From an uncultured Acidobacteriota bacterium (GTDB lineage: Bacteria; Acidobacteriota; Thermoanaerobaculia; Multivoradales; UBA5704): a stretch of DNA of 64,000 nucleotides. A model generated the notes under the pieces. The model did no database searches, was not told the origin of the DNA, and worked only from the letters and a program-made list of their open reading frames with translations. The position numbers and the translations under genes were made by a program. Positions 1 to 9,960 of this stretch are shown in pieces; positions within the stretch are counted from its first letter, which is position 1; every line of letters starts with the position of its first letter. Where the stretch lies: assembly GCA_963700145.1 (NCBI GenBank), contig OY969474.1:256001-320000 (forward strand). The letters run 5' to 3'.

Positions 1-29
1 CGGACGGGCACGTGAGCTAAGGCTCGATC

Positions 30-53
30 CCGGGGCGGCACTGCAGCCGCCCC
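30..53 (-). terminator. GC hairpin downstream of the 76..1494 gene
   Basis: cggggcggc-actgca-gccgccccg inverted repeat about 25 bp after the stop. Confidence 0.4.
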
Positions 54-75
54 GAGGCTCGGCTTTCACCTTCTT

Positions 76-1494
76 TTACTTCTTCTCTTTCAGCTCCTCG
101 ACCTTCGCCGCCAGCTCGGTGATGGTCTTCTGCTGCTCCTGGACGACCTTGGTCAAGACGGCCACCATCTCCATCGGGCTGAGTGACTTGCGGTCGTTGT
201 AGGCGACCAGCTCAGGAACGTCCTCAGCGATGAAGCCTAGAACGACCTCGTTGGGACTTTCGTTGGCGCGGTAGCGCACGGGCTCGAGCTGGGCGAAGGC
301 CGCCATCGCCTCGCTCGCCTCGAGCGCATGAATGTCGTGCTTGATCGCACGGCTCGAGCCGTTCGTCCAGATACCCCCTTCGAGGCGCGCGTTCGAGCTC
401 TGGTGGACCAGCGGATGGGCCGGGTTGAAGCCCGCCACGTTGCTGCCGAACCCAATATTCCCCTCGTTGTCGATGATGACCCGCTGAGCGTTGGCGGTGA
501 GGAAGCGGAGGGAGGGGTTGGGGGCCGTAGCCGAGGCGTCGGGGCGGACGTTGAGGTAGGCGGCACCACGGCCGAAGCTCGCGCCGCCGTAGCCGAAGTT
601 AAAGGCGGGACCGTTGAGCGGATCGGGCCCGGCGCTGACGAAGACGTCGGTGGTCTGGCCACTGAAGAGGTGGAGCTTGGCACCTGGAGAGCCGGTGCCG
701 ATGCCGAGCCTGGTGCTGGCGTTCGGCATCAACACGTCTCCATTGGCCAGCAGGACGAGGGCATCTGAGGGGGCGCCGCCTTGGATACTGAACGGGACGT
801 CGATCTGGCCCTCGCCCAAATCGACGATCTCGAAGTTATCCGTGCCGATCGCGCCGGTCCGGACTATCCAATCGCGCTCACTGGTTGTTCCGCCGTAGAC
901 ATCCTCGAAGAGGATGCCGAGTCCGTCTCCCTTGAGTCGCACGCCGTCCGCGAAAGACCCCTCGTCGCCGTCGACGAGACATGAAAACCCGATGCAGGCG
1001 GTCCCATCCACGACAAGGTCGTCGTTGATCGTCTGCGCGGCCGCGGTGATCGACCGGAGGCCGCCGCCCGCGGGCAGCGTCGTCCGCGGCCCCGGGTCGG
1101 TCGCGGGCTCGATGAAGCTGCCTTCGCGGATTTCGAACGAGCCGGACACGAGGAGTCGATCGGTCGTTCGCAGCTCATAGGTGTAGCTGCCGTCGGGATA
1201 CCGCTGCCCCTGTGCGTCGAAAAGGCCGAAGGTCGGCAGATCGGGGGGGCCAAACTCCTGCCGCACCCAGACGCCGTCGGGACCGCTCACCGTTAGCGCC
1301 AGCCCCTCATGGTCCTCCGCCGGCAGCCAGTTGACTGCCGAGGAGGAGACCTGCATCGCGGCGGCGGGAGCGGCGGCGCGGGGTTCGTCGTCGTTGGCCT
1401 TTCGTGCTTCGGGGTCTTGAGCCGCGGCGGAAGCCAATGTGACGAGGGCTCCCACTAAGACCAGCTTGCTGACGCGCCATCCTCTGCTTGGCAT
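76..1494 (-). CDS. Secreted tail-fibre-like protein with C-terminal Peptidase_S74-type intramolecular chaperone
   Basis: N-terminal signal-like segment, GIGT/GNIG fibre motifs, C-terminal SSRAIKHDI...LGFIAEDVPELV and coiled-coil end. Confidence 0.75.
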   Translation of the reverse strand: MPSRGWRVSKLVLVGALVTLASAAAQDPEARKANDDEPRAAAPAAAMQVSSSAVNWLPAEDHEGLALTVSGPDGVWVRQEFGPPDLPTFGLFDAQGQRYPDGSYTYELRTTDRLLVSGSFEIREGSFIEPATDPGPRTTLPAGGGLRSITAAAQTINDDLVVDGTACIGFSCLVDGDEGSFADGVRLKGDGLGILFEDVYGGTTSERDWIVRTGAIGTDNFEIVDLGEGQIDVPFSIQGGAPSDALVLLANGDVLMPNASTRLGIGTGSPGAKLHLFSGQTTDVFVSAGPDPLNGPAFNFGYGGASFGRGAAYLNVRPDASATAPNPSLRFLTANAQRVIIDNEGNIGFGSNVAGFNPAHPLVHQSSNARLEGGIWTNGSSRAIKHDIHALEASEAMAAFAQLEPVRYRANESPNEVVLGFIAEDVPELVAYNDRKSLSPMEMVAVLTKVVQEQQKTITELAAKVEELKEKK

Positions 1495-1571
1495 CGGTCT
1501 GCTCCTTTCGAGGAAAAAGAATTACAGCATATAACGAAGATAATCTGATGACAACCCGGGAGGGAGCTGAC

Positions 1572-1830
1572 CGCGTCGTCCGCCCGCTACGGCTTCATGG
1601 AGGACCCGGACGTACCGGCGGTGCTGCGCGGCCTGGCGGACCAGGGGATCGCGATCGACCCGGCCCACACCACCTACCTGCTCAGCCGCAGCACGCTCCT
1701 CTCTCGCGCCGAAGTCCCTCGCCGGCCGCGGGCTCGACGCGCTGTTCATCCTCATGTCCCGCAACGCCGGCAGTTCTTCCGCCTGCCGCCCACCGGCTGA
1801 TCGAGATCGGCATGCAGGTGGAGGTCCTGA
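1572..1830 (+). pseudogene. kup: Degenerate 3' end of a Kup/KT-HAK potassium transporter gene
   Basis: Across frameshifts reads RYGFMEDPDVP...DPAHTTYLLSRSTLL...LFILMSRNA...FFRLPP...LIEIGMQVEV, matching the Kup C-terminal tail; no N-terminal part present. Confidence 0.75.
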
Positions 1831-1831
1831 G

Positions 1832-2290
1832 CGAACCGAGTGGGTTGGCGGACCGACTGGGTCGGTGGCCGAATGGACTGGGTCTAGCGCCGAATGGACT
1901 GGGTCGGTGGCCAAACCGAGTGGGTTGACGGCCCGATGGGATGGGTTGATGGTCAAACCGAGTGGGTCGGCGGCCAAACCGACTGGGTCAGCGGCCGAAT
2001 GGACTGGGTTGACGGCCAAACCGAGTGGGTTGGCGGCCGAACCGAATGGGTTGGGCGGCCGAATGGACTGGGTCGGTGGCCAAACCGAGTGGGTTGGCCG
2101 ACGAACCGAGTGGGTCGAGCCGCCGACCCACCCCAATGAGCTGCCGACCCAGTCGATTCGCCGCCCGACCCACCCCAATGGCTGCCCGACCTGCTCAATT
2201 CGCCGGCCGACCCAGCCAGTCGAGCCGCCGACCCACCCCATCGGTCGCCTGACCCACGCGGTCCATCGACGAACCCAGTCCGTTCGCCCA
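1832..2290. repeat. 21-bp-period degenerate tandem array with mid-array motif inversion
   Basis: About 14 units such as caaaccgagtgggttggcggc (TGGGT core), then about 8 units such as ccgacccaccccaatgagctg (ACCCA core) in the same phase. Confidence 0.9.
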
Positions 2291-2340
2291 AGTAGCCAGG
2301 GCTTCGAGGCAAGACCTGGAGCTGCGCGTCGACTACGGCA

Positions 2341-3942
2341 CTACTTCACTTCCAGCTTCTCGACTTTCGCAGCCAGCTCAGCGATCGTCGCCTGCTGTGT
2401 CGCGAGCCGTTCTTCTTGGGCCAAGGTGTAGAGCGTCAGTTCTTCGATCTTCTCCAACAGCCGCATCTGGAACTGGCTCAAGTTGAGCCCCGACGCCTTG
2501 ATCTCCGCCGCCTTTGGCACGTTCGGGAGGTGCCTTTCAGCGCGCACGAAGGCCGCCAGCTCGTCGAGCGGCATGAGTTCGTAGTCGGGCTCGAAGACGT
2601 AGTCGGGCGCGAGGAGGGTGACGTTATCGTCGATGAAGCTGCCGCCCGAGACCCGGATGTCGCCGCCGTTGACGTGGAGCTTCGAGCTGGGACTGCTCGT
2701 GCCGATGCCGACATCGCCCGCGGAGGTCACCCGCGCACGCTCCGTGCTGTTCGTGAGGATGACGATCGGGTGGTTATTGATGCTGTTGAAGCGCGTTGTG
2801 TTGCTGGCGTTGTCGAGGCCGAAGAACAGAGTAATCGCGGAGTTCTCGTCCGCGTACTCGATGCCGGGGTATCCGGTGGCGCTTGCATTGTAGAGCCGGG
2901 CAGTCGCTGCGCTCGATGCGCTCACCCGCACGTCTAGGGCCGCTCCCGGCGCCGTCGTGCCGATGCCGACGTTGCCGGTGTTGGTGATGATCATTCGCTC
3001 GACGTTGGCAGTGAGAAAGCGAAGCGATGGGTTGGGCGCGGTGGCCGAAGCATCAGGGCGGGCGTGGAGAAAACCAGCGCCGCGTCCAAAGGTGTTGCCG
3101 CCGTAGCCGAGGTTGAAGGCGGGGCCGTTGGTTGGGTCGGGGCCGGCACTGGCGACGACATCACTTGTCGCGGTGCCGTAGAGGTGGAGTTTGGCTCCTG
3201 GGGTCGAAGTGCCGAGGCCGATGTTGCCGCTGCTGTTCACGTAGAGGGAGTGGCTCGGGGCGCCACCGCGAATGGTGAACGGCGTGCTGCCGGGATCGCC
3301 GTAGTCCAAGATCGAGAACCGCTCCTGGTCGCCGACAAGACCGTCGTTGACTTCTATCCCCCAGTCACGTGAGGGACTCCAGACGTCGGGTGTGTCGTCG
3401 AAGTAGATCCGAACATCGTAATCCTTTAACCTCAGTGGAGAGCCCTCGTCCCCTGCAACGCAAGTCGATCCGAAGCAGGCCCCACTGGTATCTACGATAG
3501 CTTCGGTGACAGACCTGAGCCCGCCGCCTCGATCCGGACGTTTCGCCACCGGGCCGTCAGGGCGCCCGGCGGCCGGATCGACAAAGCTGGCATCGCGCAC
3601 GACAATCGAGCCGTGGAGGAGCAGCGAGTGACCGGGCCTCAGCTCACGCGCCGTCCGCAGCTCGTAGGTGTAGACGCCGTCCGCCAGTCGCTCCCCACGC
3701 TCGTCGAAAAGATCGAGCGAGGGGGCCTCGCCGGCGGCGAACTGGCGCCGGACGACGGCCCCGTCTGGGGCGGCCACGGCCAGCTCGAGCTCGCCCAAGC
3801 CGGTCGCCCCTTCCCAGCTCACCGAATCCAGTGTGATGTGCATCGTAGCCATCGGCCTGGCCGCCGAGCGGGTGGGCTCCGCCGCGAGGATCGGGACCGC
3901 GGCCAGGAGAGTCAGAAGAACGAGAACCTTGACCGAGCGCAT
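2341..3942 (-). CDS. Secreted tail-fibre-like protein, paralog of 76..1494
   Basis: Signal peptide, repeated GNIGLGT/GNVGIGT motifs, C-terminal PDYVFEPDY...HLPNVP...LLEKIEELTLY module. Confidence 0.75.
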   Translation of the reverse strand: MRSVKVLVLLTLLAAVPILAAEPTRSAARPMATMHITLDSVSWEGATGLGELELAVAAPDGAVVRRQFAAGEAPSLDLFDERGERLADGVYTYELRTARELRPGHSLLLHGSIVVRDASFVDPAAGRPDGPVAKRPDRGGGLRSVTEAIVDTSGACFGSTCVAGDEGSPLRLKDYDVRIYFDDTPDVWSPSRDWGIEVNDGLVGDQERFSILDYGDPGSTPFTIRGGAPSHSLYVNSSGNIGLGTSTPGAKLHLYGTATSDVVASAGPDPTNGPAFNLGYGGNTFGRGAGFLHARPDASATAPNPSLRFLTANVERMIITNTGNVGIGTTAPGAALDVRVSASSAATARLYNASATGYPGIEYADENSAITLFFGLDNASNTTRFNSINNHPIVILTNSTERARVTSAGDVGIGTSSPSSKLHVNGGDIRVSGGSFIDDNVTLLAPDYVFEPDYELMPLDELAAFVRAERHLPNVPKAAEIKASGLNLSQFQMRLLEKIEELTLYTLAQEERLATQQATIAELAAKVEKLEVK

Positions 3943-4028
3943 TGCATCCTCCTTCCTTCAGTTTGTTAATTCTGAAGAGTCAATATAGAGGTGCAACGAT
4001 CCCGCCCGGACCGGGACAGTCCATCCGC

Positions 4029-5282
4029 TCAGGCCAGAGGCAGGGTGAAGGAGAAGGTGCTGCCGGCGCCGACTTGGCTCTCGACCTGGATCGTGCCGCC
4101 GTGCTGCTCGACGATCCAGCGGGAGATGTAGAGGCCGAGGCCCAGACCGCCGCGGGACTCGCGGTCGAGCTGGGTGAAGCGGTCGAAGATCCCCTCGCGT
4201 TCCTCCTCCGGGATGCCGGGTCCGGTGTCGCGCACGGCGAAGCGCGCGACGCCGTCCAGGCGCTCGGCCTCGACCCATATCCGGCCGCCTTCCGGCGTGA
4301 ACTTGACGGCGTTGCCCAGGAGGTTGGCGAAGACCTGGAGGATGCGGTCGCGGTCGAAGCGGGCGACCAGCGGTCCGGGCGGGAGCTCGGCCTGGAGGGC
4401 GATCCCCTTGGCGGCGGCGGCGGGGCGCGCCCGCTCGACCGCCTCGCGCGCCACCTTGACGGCGTCGCGCGGCTCGGCCTGCATGCTCAGCCGCCCGGAG
4501 GCGATCCGCTCGAGGTCGAGGAGGTCGCCGATCAGGGTGGTCATCTGGCCGACGCAGCGCTGCACCGTCCCGGCGAGGCCGCGGACGAGCCCGCCGCTCT
4601 CTCCCGGCGGCGCGTTCTCGCGCATCAGGTCGGCCGAAAGCGCGATCGTGTGCAGCGGGTCGCGCAGGTCGTGGCTGACGATGGCCAAGATCTCGTCGCG
4701 GGTGACGACCGGCTCGTGCCGCACGCCGGCGGCCCGGGCGGCGAGCTGGCCGACCGCCTCGTCCGCCCGCTCCCGCTCGTGCGCCAGATGGCCGTCGGTC
4801 TGCCGGCGCTCGCTTTCGAGCAGCCGCTCCTGCAGCTCCAGCCGCTCCCGGCGCTCGCGCTCGAGCGCCGCGTCGGCCCGCTCGCGCTCCTGGCGCAACA
4901 GCTCGTTCGCCCGCTCGCGCTCTTCGCGGACCGCCTCGTCGGCGAGCTGCCGCTCCTGGGCGATCGCCTCGCCCACCTGCGCCGCCTCCGGCACCTCTTC
5001 CGCCAGGGTCTGCTCGACCCTCTCGCCCGCCTCCTGGCGCACGTCCTCGATCGCCAGGTCGGCCTCCACGCGCTCGCGCTGCAGGCTCTCGTCGGTCTGG
5101 GCGCGCACCTCCTCGACCGTCGCCACCGTCTTCGCGGCGGCCTCGGTCATTCCCTCGGCGATCGCCTGGTCGGCCAGCGAGCGCTCTTGCTGCAGGCTCT
5201 CGTCGGTGAGGACGCGCGGGGCCTGCAAGTCCGGAAGCGCGTCCGGCGCTGGGTCGGGCGGCTGCGTCGCCATGGTCTCCAC
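4029..5282 (-). CDS. Cytoplasmic sensor histidine kinase with coiled-coil N-terminus
   Basis: H-box [29 protein letters not shown]; no transmembrane segment. Confidence 0.9.
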   Translation of the reverse strand: METMATQPPDPAPDALPDLQAPRVLTDESLQQERSLADQAIAEGMTEAAAKTVATVEEVRAQTDESLQRERVEADLAIEDVRQEAGERVEQTLAEEVPEAAQVGEAIAQERQLADEAVREERERANELLRQERERADAALERERRERLELQERLLESERRQTDGHLAHERERADEAVGQLAARAAGVRHEPVVTRDEILAIVSHDLRDPLHTIALSADLMRENAPPGESGGLVRGLAGTVQRCVGQMTTLIGDLLDLERIASGRLSMQAEPRDAVKVAREAVERARPAAAAKGIALQAELPPGPLVARFDRDRILQVFANLLGNAVKFTPEGGRIWVEAERLDGVARFAVRDTGPGIPEEEREGIFDRFTQLDRESRGGLGLGLYISRWIVEQHGGTIQVESQVGAGSTFSFTLPLA

Positions 5283-5326
5283 CCCCCTCGGAGAGATTTT
5301 CGGCTACGGCGGTGTCGAAGGAGATT

Positions 5327-5713
5327 CTAAGCCTTCGTCGGTCCGGCGGCGCGCAGGAGGTAGGTCTCGGCCCCCACCACCTCCGGGTCGAGGGCGAACT
5401 CGTAGAGCTGGAGGCCGCCGAAGAGGGCCTTGACGCGCGGCCAACCGGCGGCCTGCATGTGGCGGGCCCCCTCGACGGCGAGGGCGCCGTCGTCGTCGAA
5501 GAGGACGACGTCCCGGTCGGCCGGCGGCGCCCAGTCGGGGCCGGGATAGGGGACGGCGCCCAGTAGGTTGAGGACGCCGGGCTCGGGGCGGACGTCCACG
5601 AGGAGCGGCGGGTCGCCCTCGCGCAACCGGCGGAAGACGGCGTAGGGCGAGACCTCGAGCTGGATGTCGAACTGGACGACGGGGGTGTCATCCTCGAGGA
5701 AGCGGGTCGGCAC
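5327..5713 (-). CDS. Rhodanese-like domain protein
   Basis: LLVDVRP...GAVP...VVLFDDDG...VKALFGG pattern; the catalytic Cys appears to be replaced. Confidence 0.65.
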   Translation of the reverse strand: MPTRFLEDDTPVVQFDIQLEVSPYAVFRRLREGDPPLLVDVRPEPGVLNLLGAVPYPGPDWAPPADRDVVLFDDDGALAVEGARHMQAAGWPRVKALFGGLQLYEFALDPEVVGAETYLLRAAGPTKA

Positions 5714-5724
5714 GTTCTCCGCGC

Positions 5725-6927
5725 CTAGCCGAGGGCGGCGTCGTGGTCGGCCCAGATCAGGCCGGCCATGACCTTGGGCAGGAAGCGGGTGGACTTCGGC
5801 GGCAGCATCTCCCCTTCGGCGATCGCCGCCGCAAACTCCGCCGGCCGCATCGGCGGCAGGAAGATGGCGGTCCCGAGCTCGCCGCCGGCGACCTGCTTCC
5901 AGAGCTCCGCCGGGTTGGCGCGATAGACAACGGTGCCGTCGGTCGCGGCCTCGGGCGGCAGGCCGAGCGCGGGGAGCACGTCGTCGCGCAGGACGACGAC
6001 CGCCGGGCGCTCGCCGCCGCCGAAACTCCAGACCTCCGGCTCGCCGCCGGCGGCCCAGAGGCCGAGGGCCGGCTGCGGCGCGGCGGCCACGGCGGCGGCG
6101 AAGGCTGGGCCGTCGCCGCCGCGGAAAGGCGCCCGCGCCGCGGCGAGCGGGGCGAGCTGGCCGAGGTCGCCCGGCGTGCGCAGGGCGCGGTGGATCGGGT
6201 CGATCGTCAGAGCGGGGGAGTCCAGGCTGGTCACCACGGCGAGCTTGGCGGCGGCGGCGCTCCCCAGGGCGGCGCTGTGGCGCTCGGCGTAGCGCTGCGC
6301 CACCTTGTAGCGGTGGTGGCCGTCGGCGATGGCGCCGGGGCCGGCGAGCGCCTCGCGGTAGCGCGCGATCCGCGCCGGGTCGTCGATCCGGTAGAGCAGA
6401 TGGCGGTGGCCGTCGGCGTCCTCGTACGAAACGAGCGGCTCGACGCCCGCGAGGTCCTCGGCGAGCAACGCGTCGAGGCGCCCGCCGTCCTCGGCGAGGA
6501 GGAGGATCGGCTCGATGTCCACCCGCATCGCCTCGAGCAGCGCCAGGCGGTCGGCGAACGGCTTGTCGAGGGTCTGCTCGTGCGGCCGGATGGCACGCGC
6601 GTCCTCCAGCTCGACGAGGCCGGCGATCCCGAGGCGTTTCCCCGCGCCGCCGGCCAGCTCGATGACGTACGGGTAGAGCGCCGGCCGCGCCTCGCGCGTC
6701 ACGACGCCGTCGTCGAGCCAGCGGCGGTGGAGTGCCGCGGCGTGAGCGTAGGGATCGGCGCCGTCCGGCGCCACCGGCCGGGAGATGTGGACGAACTGGT
6801 GCGGGGACTGGGCGTGGAAGCGGTCGCGCTGCCGGTCGTCGATCTGGTCGTAGGGCGGCGCGGCGAGGGCGCCGGCCTGGTCGGCGGGGCGGTCGTAGCG
6901 CAGGCCCTGGAAGGCGTGGAGGCGCAT
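5725..6927 (-). CDS. DUF1015 family protein
   Basis: MRLHAFQGLRY, APPYDQI, PHEQT, IADGHHRY, PPKSTRFLPK motifs; true ATG at 6927 inside the longer ORF. Confidence 0.85.
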   Translation of the reverse strand: MRLHAFQGLRYDRPADQAGALAAPPYDQIDDRQRDRFHAQSPHQFVHISRPVAPDGADPYAHAAALHRRWLDDGVVTREARPALYPYVIELAGGAGKRLGIAGLVELEDARAIRPHEQTLDKPFADRLALLEAMRVDIEPILLLAEDGGRLDALLAEDLAGVEPLVSYEDADGHRHLLYRIDDPARIARYREALAGPGAIADGHHRYKVAQRYAERHSAALGSAAAAKLAVVTSLDSPALTIDPIHRALRTPGDLGQLAPLAAARAPFRGGDGPAFAAAVAAAPQPALGLWAAGGEPEVWSFGGGERPAVVVLRDDVLPALGLPPEAATDGTVVYRANPAELWKQVAGGELGTAIFLPPMRPAEFAAAIAEGEMLPPKSTRFLPKVMAGLIWADHDAALG

Positions 6928-6942
6928 GGCGGGCGTTATTCT

Positions 6943-8619
6943 ATGGGCATGACTCGCAAGCTGCCGACCGCACTCGTCCTGACGTCCCTGGCCACGTTCC
7001 TCGTCACCTTCCTCGCCCCGGCGCCCGCCGTCCTCGCTCAGGGGCACGAGCACGACCATACGCATGCCGATCCGGCCGCGAGCCTGGGCAACGTGCGCTT
7101 CCCGACCTCCTGCCGCCCGGAGGTCGCCGCCGACTTCGAGCGCGGCGTCGCCCACCTCCACTCCTTCGGCTACGAGGCGGCGCGCATCGCTTTCGCCGCG
7201 GTCGCCGAGCGCGACCCCGCCTGCGCCATGGCGCAGTGGGGGATCGCGATGAGCTGGTACCACCCGATCTGGGCGCCGCCGACGCCGCAGGAGCTCGCCG
7301 CCGGCCGCGCGGCGGCGGAGAAGGCGGCGACGCTGGGCGCCCCGACGCCGCGCGAGCAGGGGTACGTCGCCGCCATCGGCGCCTTCTACAAGGACGCCGA
7401 CCGGCTCGACCACAAGACCCGCGCCCGGGCCTACCTGGCGGCGGTCGAGGAGCTGGCGCGCCGCCAGCCGGACGACCACGAGGCGGCGATCTTCCACGCC
7501 CTCGCTCTGCTCGCCACCGCGCCGCCGAGCGACGCCACCTACGCGCAGCAGAAGCAGGCCGCCGCCATCCTCGACCGCATCCTGCCGCTGGCGCCCGAGC
7601 ACCCGGGCGTCGCCCACTACATCATTCACTCCTTCGACTATCCCGAGCTGGCGACGCTGGCGCTGCCGGCGGCGCGGCGCTACGCCAAGATCGCTCCGGC
7701 CTCGGCGCACGCGCTGCACATGCCGTCGCACATCTTCGTCCGCCTCGGGCTCTGGCAGGAGGCGATCGACTCCAACCTCGCCTCCGCCGCGGCCGCCGAC
7801 CGCTGGGTCGCCGAGAGGCACCCGGGCGCCGCCGCCTTCGACACCCTCCACGCGCTCGACTACCTCGCCTACGGCTACCTCCAGACCTGCCAGGACGACA
7901 AGGCGAAGGAGGTCCTGGCGCGGACCGCGGCGGCGCGCACCTTCGACGATCCCGGCTTCGCGGTGGGCTACGCGGTCGCCGCGGTGCCGGCGCGGTGGAC
8001 CCTCGAGCGGCGCCGCTGGGCCGAGGCCGCGGCGTTGCCGCCGCCGCTGCCGTCGCTCCCCTGGGAGCGCTACCCCTACGCCCTCGCCCTCCACCACTTC
8101 GCCCGCTCGCTGGGAGCGGCGCGGAGCGGCGACGCCGCGGCGGCGCGCACGGCGCTGGGCGAGATCGAGCGCCTCCATGCCACCCTGCGAGAGGCGCCGC
8201 CGGCCGGGCCGTACGACTGGGCGGGGCAGGTCGAGGCGCTGCGGCTCGCCGCCGCCGGCTGGCTGGCGCGGGCCGAAGGAAAGGACGACGAGGCGATGCG
8301 CCTGCTGACGGCGGCGGCCGATCTCGAGGACAAGGTGGGGAAGCACCCGGTGACGCCGGGGGCGGTGCTGCCGGCGCGCGAGCTGCTGGCCGACCTGCTG
8401 CTCGAGCGGGGGAAGGGCGCGGCGGCGCTGGCGGAGTACGACGCGGTGCTGCGGTCGGCCCCCGGCCGCTTCAACGCGCTCTACGGCGCGGCGCGCGCCG
8501 CCGAGCTCGCCGGCGACGGGACGGCGGCGCGGCAACGGTACGAGGCGCTCGTCGCGCTCTGCGCGGAAGGCGACCGCGACGAGCTGCGGCGGGCGCGGGA
8601 GGTCCTGGCCGCGCGCTGA
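6943..8619 (+). CDS. Secreted TPR-repeat protein
   Basis: Signal peptide; LGNVRFPTSC...HSFGY, HPGVAHYIIHSFD, HALHMPSHIF family motifs. Confidence 0.8.
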   Translation: MGMTRKLPTALVLTSLATFLVTFLAPAPAVLAQGHEHDHTHADPAASLGNVRFPTSCRPEVAADFERGVAHLHSFGYEAARIAFAAVAERDPACAMAQWGIAMSWYHPIWAPPTPQELAAGRAAAEKAATLGAPTPREQGYVAAIGAFYKDADRLDHKTRARAYLAAVEELARRQPDDHEAAIFHALALLATAPPSDATYAQQKQAAAILDRILPLAPEHPGVAHYIIHSFDYPELATLALPAARRYAKIAPASAHALHMPSHIFVRLGLWQEAIDSNLASAAAADRWVAERHPGAAAFDTLHALDYLAYGYLQTCQDDKAKEVLARTAAARTFDDPGFAVGYAVAAVPARWTLERRRWAEAAALPPPLPSLPWERYPYALALHHFARSLGAARSGDAAAARTALGEIERLHATLREAPPAGPYDWAGQVEALRLAAAGWLARAEGKDDEAMRLLTAAADLEDKVGKHPVTPGAVLPARELLADLLLERGKGAAALAEYDAVLRSAPGRFNALYGAARAAELAGDGTAARQRYEALVALCAEGDRDELRRAREVLAAR

Positions 8620-8708
8620 GGGGCCGCGAAACCCGCCGCCGCGGCGGCGCGTACTGCATGGCATGGGACGCCGGCGGACCACCGGCACCTCCTCACGGAG
8701 ACCACGCC

Positions 8709-9425
8709 ATGCAAGCCGCCATCCTCGACCTTCACGCCGAGCCGGAAGCGCCGCGCGCCGCGGGTGCGCCGTCCGACAACCCGCTCGTGCGCTTCCTGCA
8801 CGCGCCCGTCGAGCCGCGCACCTGGGGGAACCTCCTCTACCTGCTCCTCGCCTTCCCGTTCGGGCTCTGCTACTTCGTGCTCCTGACGGTGGGCTTCTCG
8901 GTCGGCCTCGGGCTGGTCATCATCTGGGTCGGCCTGCTCATCCTGGCGCTGACCTTCGCCATGATCTGGGGGGGCGCGGCCCTCGAGCGGCTCCTCGCCA
9001 TCGGCCTCCTCGGCGCGCGGGTACCGCCGATGTTCACGCCCGGGGCGCCCGGCCGCCGGCCGCTCCAGCGCGCCCGCGACGTCCTCGCCAACCCGGTCAC
9101 CTGGACCGGGCTGCTCTTCCTGCTCCTCAAGCTGCCCTTGGGGATCGTCTCCTTCGTCCTCTGGGTGACGCTGGTCGCGCTCGCCGGCGCGCTCATGGCC
9201 GCGCCCTTCCTCTACCAGGAGTGGCCGCCGCAGATCTTCTTCTACGAGATCGACACCCTCCCGGAGGCGGTGGCTTGCGGGGTGGCGGGGGTGCTGGTGG
9301 CCCTCGTCTCGCTCAACCTCTTCAACGGGCTCGCCGCGGTCTGGCGCTGGCTGGCGGAGCGGATGCTGGGGAACGACCGCCACCAAGCTCTCGCCAGCGG
9401 AAGCAGCTCCGCAGGTGGTCGTTGA
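8709..9425 (+). CDS. Membrane putative sensor-domain protein
   Basis: TWGNLLYLLLAFPFG...LERLLA...TWTGLLFLLLKLPLG, four hydrophobic segments; RBS ggag. Confidence 0.7.
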   Translation: MQAAILDLHAEPEAPRAAGAPSDNPLVRFLHAPVEPRTWGNLLYLLLAFPFGLCYFVLLTVGFSVGLGLVIIWVGLLILALTFAMIWGGAALERLLAIGLLGARVPPMFTPGAPGRRPLQRARDVLANPVTWTGLLFLLLKLPLGIVSFVLWVTLVALAGALMAAPFLYQEWPPQIFFYEIDTLPEAVACGVAGVLVALVSLNLFNGLAAVWRWLAERMLGNDRHQALASGSSSAGGR

Positions 9426-9960
9426 CCAGGCCGACCGCCTGCATCGTGGCGTAGACGATCGTCGGGCCGACGAAGCGGAAGCCGCGGCCGCGGAGGTCGC
9501 GGCTGAGCGCGTCGGCCTCCGGCGTCGTCACCGGCACTTCGGCCGGCGTACGGAAGCCGTTCTGCCGCGGCCGGCCGCCGGCGAAGCCCCAGAGGTAGCG
9601 GTCGAAGGAGCCGTGCTCGGCCTGCACCTCCAGGAAGCAACGGGCGTTGCCGATCGCCGCCGCGACCTTGGCGCGGTTGCGCACGATGCCGGGATCGGCG
9701 AGGAGGCGCTCGACGTCGGCCTCGCCGAAGCTCGCGACCGCGCGCGGATCGAAGCCGGCGAAGGCCCGGCGGTAGCCGTCACGGCGCTCCAGGATCGTGC
9801 GCCACGACAGCCCCGCCTGCGCCCCTTCCAGCACCAGGAACTCGAAGAGCGTGCGGTCGTCGTGGACCGGCGCCCCCCACTCGCGGTCGTGGTAGGCAAC
9901 CATGTGGGGCTCGGTGCCGGCCCAGGGGCAACGGGGGGACTCGGCGGCGGTGCTAACCAC
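9322..9960 (-). CDS. tag: DNA-3-methyladenine glycosylase I
   Basis: RCPWA...YHDREWG...LEGAQAGLSW...VRNRAK...GFRFVGPT...NDHLRSC. Confidence 0.95.
   Translation of the reverse strand: MVSTAAESPRCPWAGTEPHMVAYHDREWGAPVHDDRTLFEFLVLEGAQAGLSWRTILERRDGYRRAFAGFDPRAVASFGEADVERLLADPGIVRNRAKVAAAIGNARCFLEVQAEHGSFDRYLWGFAGGRPRQNGFRTPAEVPVTTPEADALSRDLRGRGFRFVGPTIVYATMQAVGLVNDHLRSCFRWRELGGGRSPASAPPASARPRRAR

Noticed and set aside
1832-2290. CRISPR array
   Set aside because: Units are contiguous and degenerate with no unique spacers, and no cas genes are present; the same applies to the other two 21-bp arrays
1488-2431. Several overlapping ORFs across the repeat array
   Set aside because: Products are frame translations of the DNA repeat with no convincing start signals
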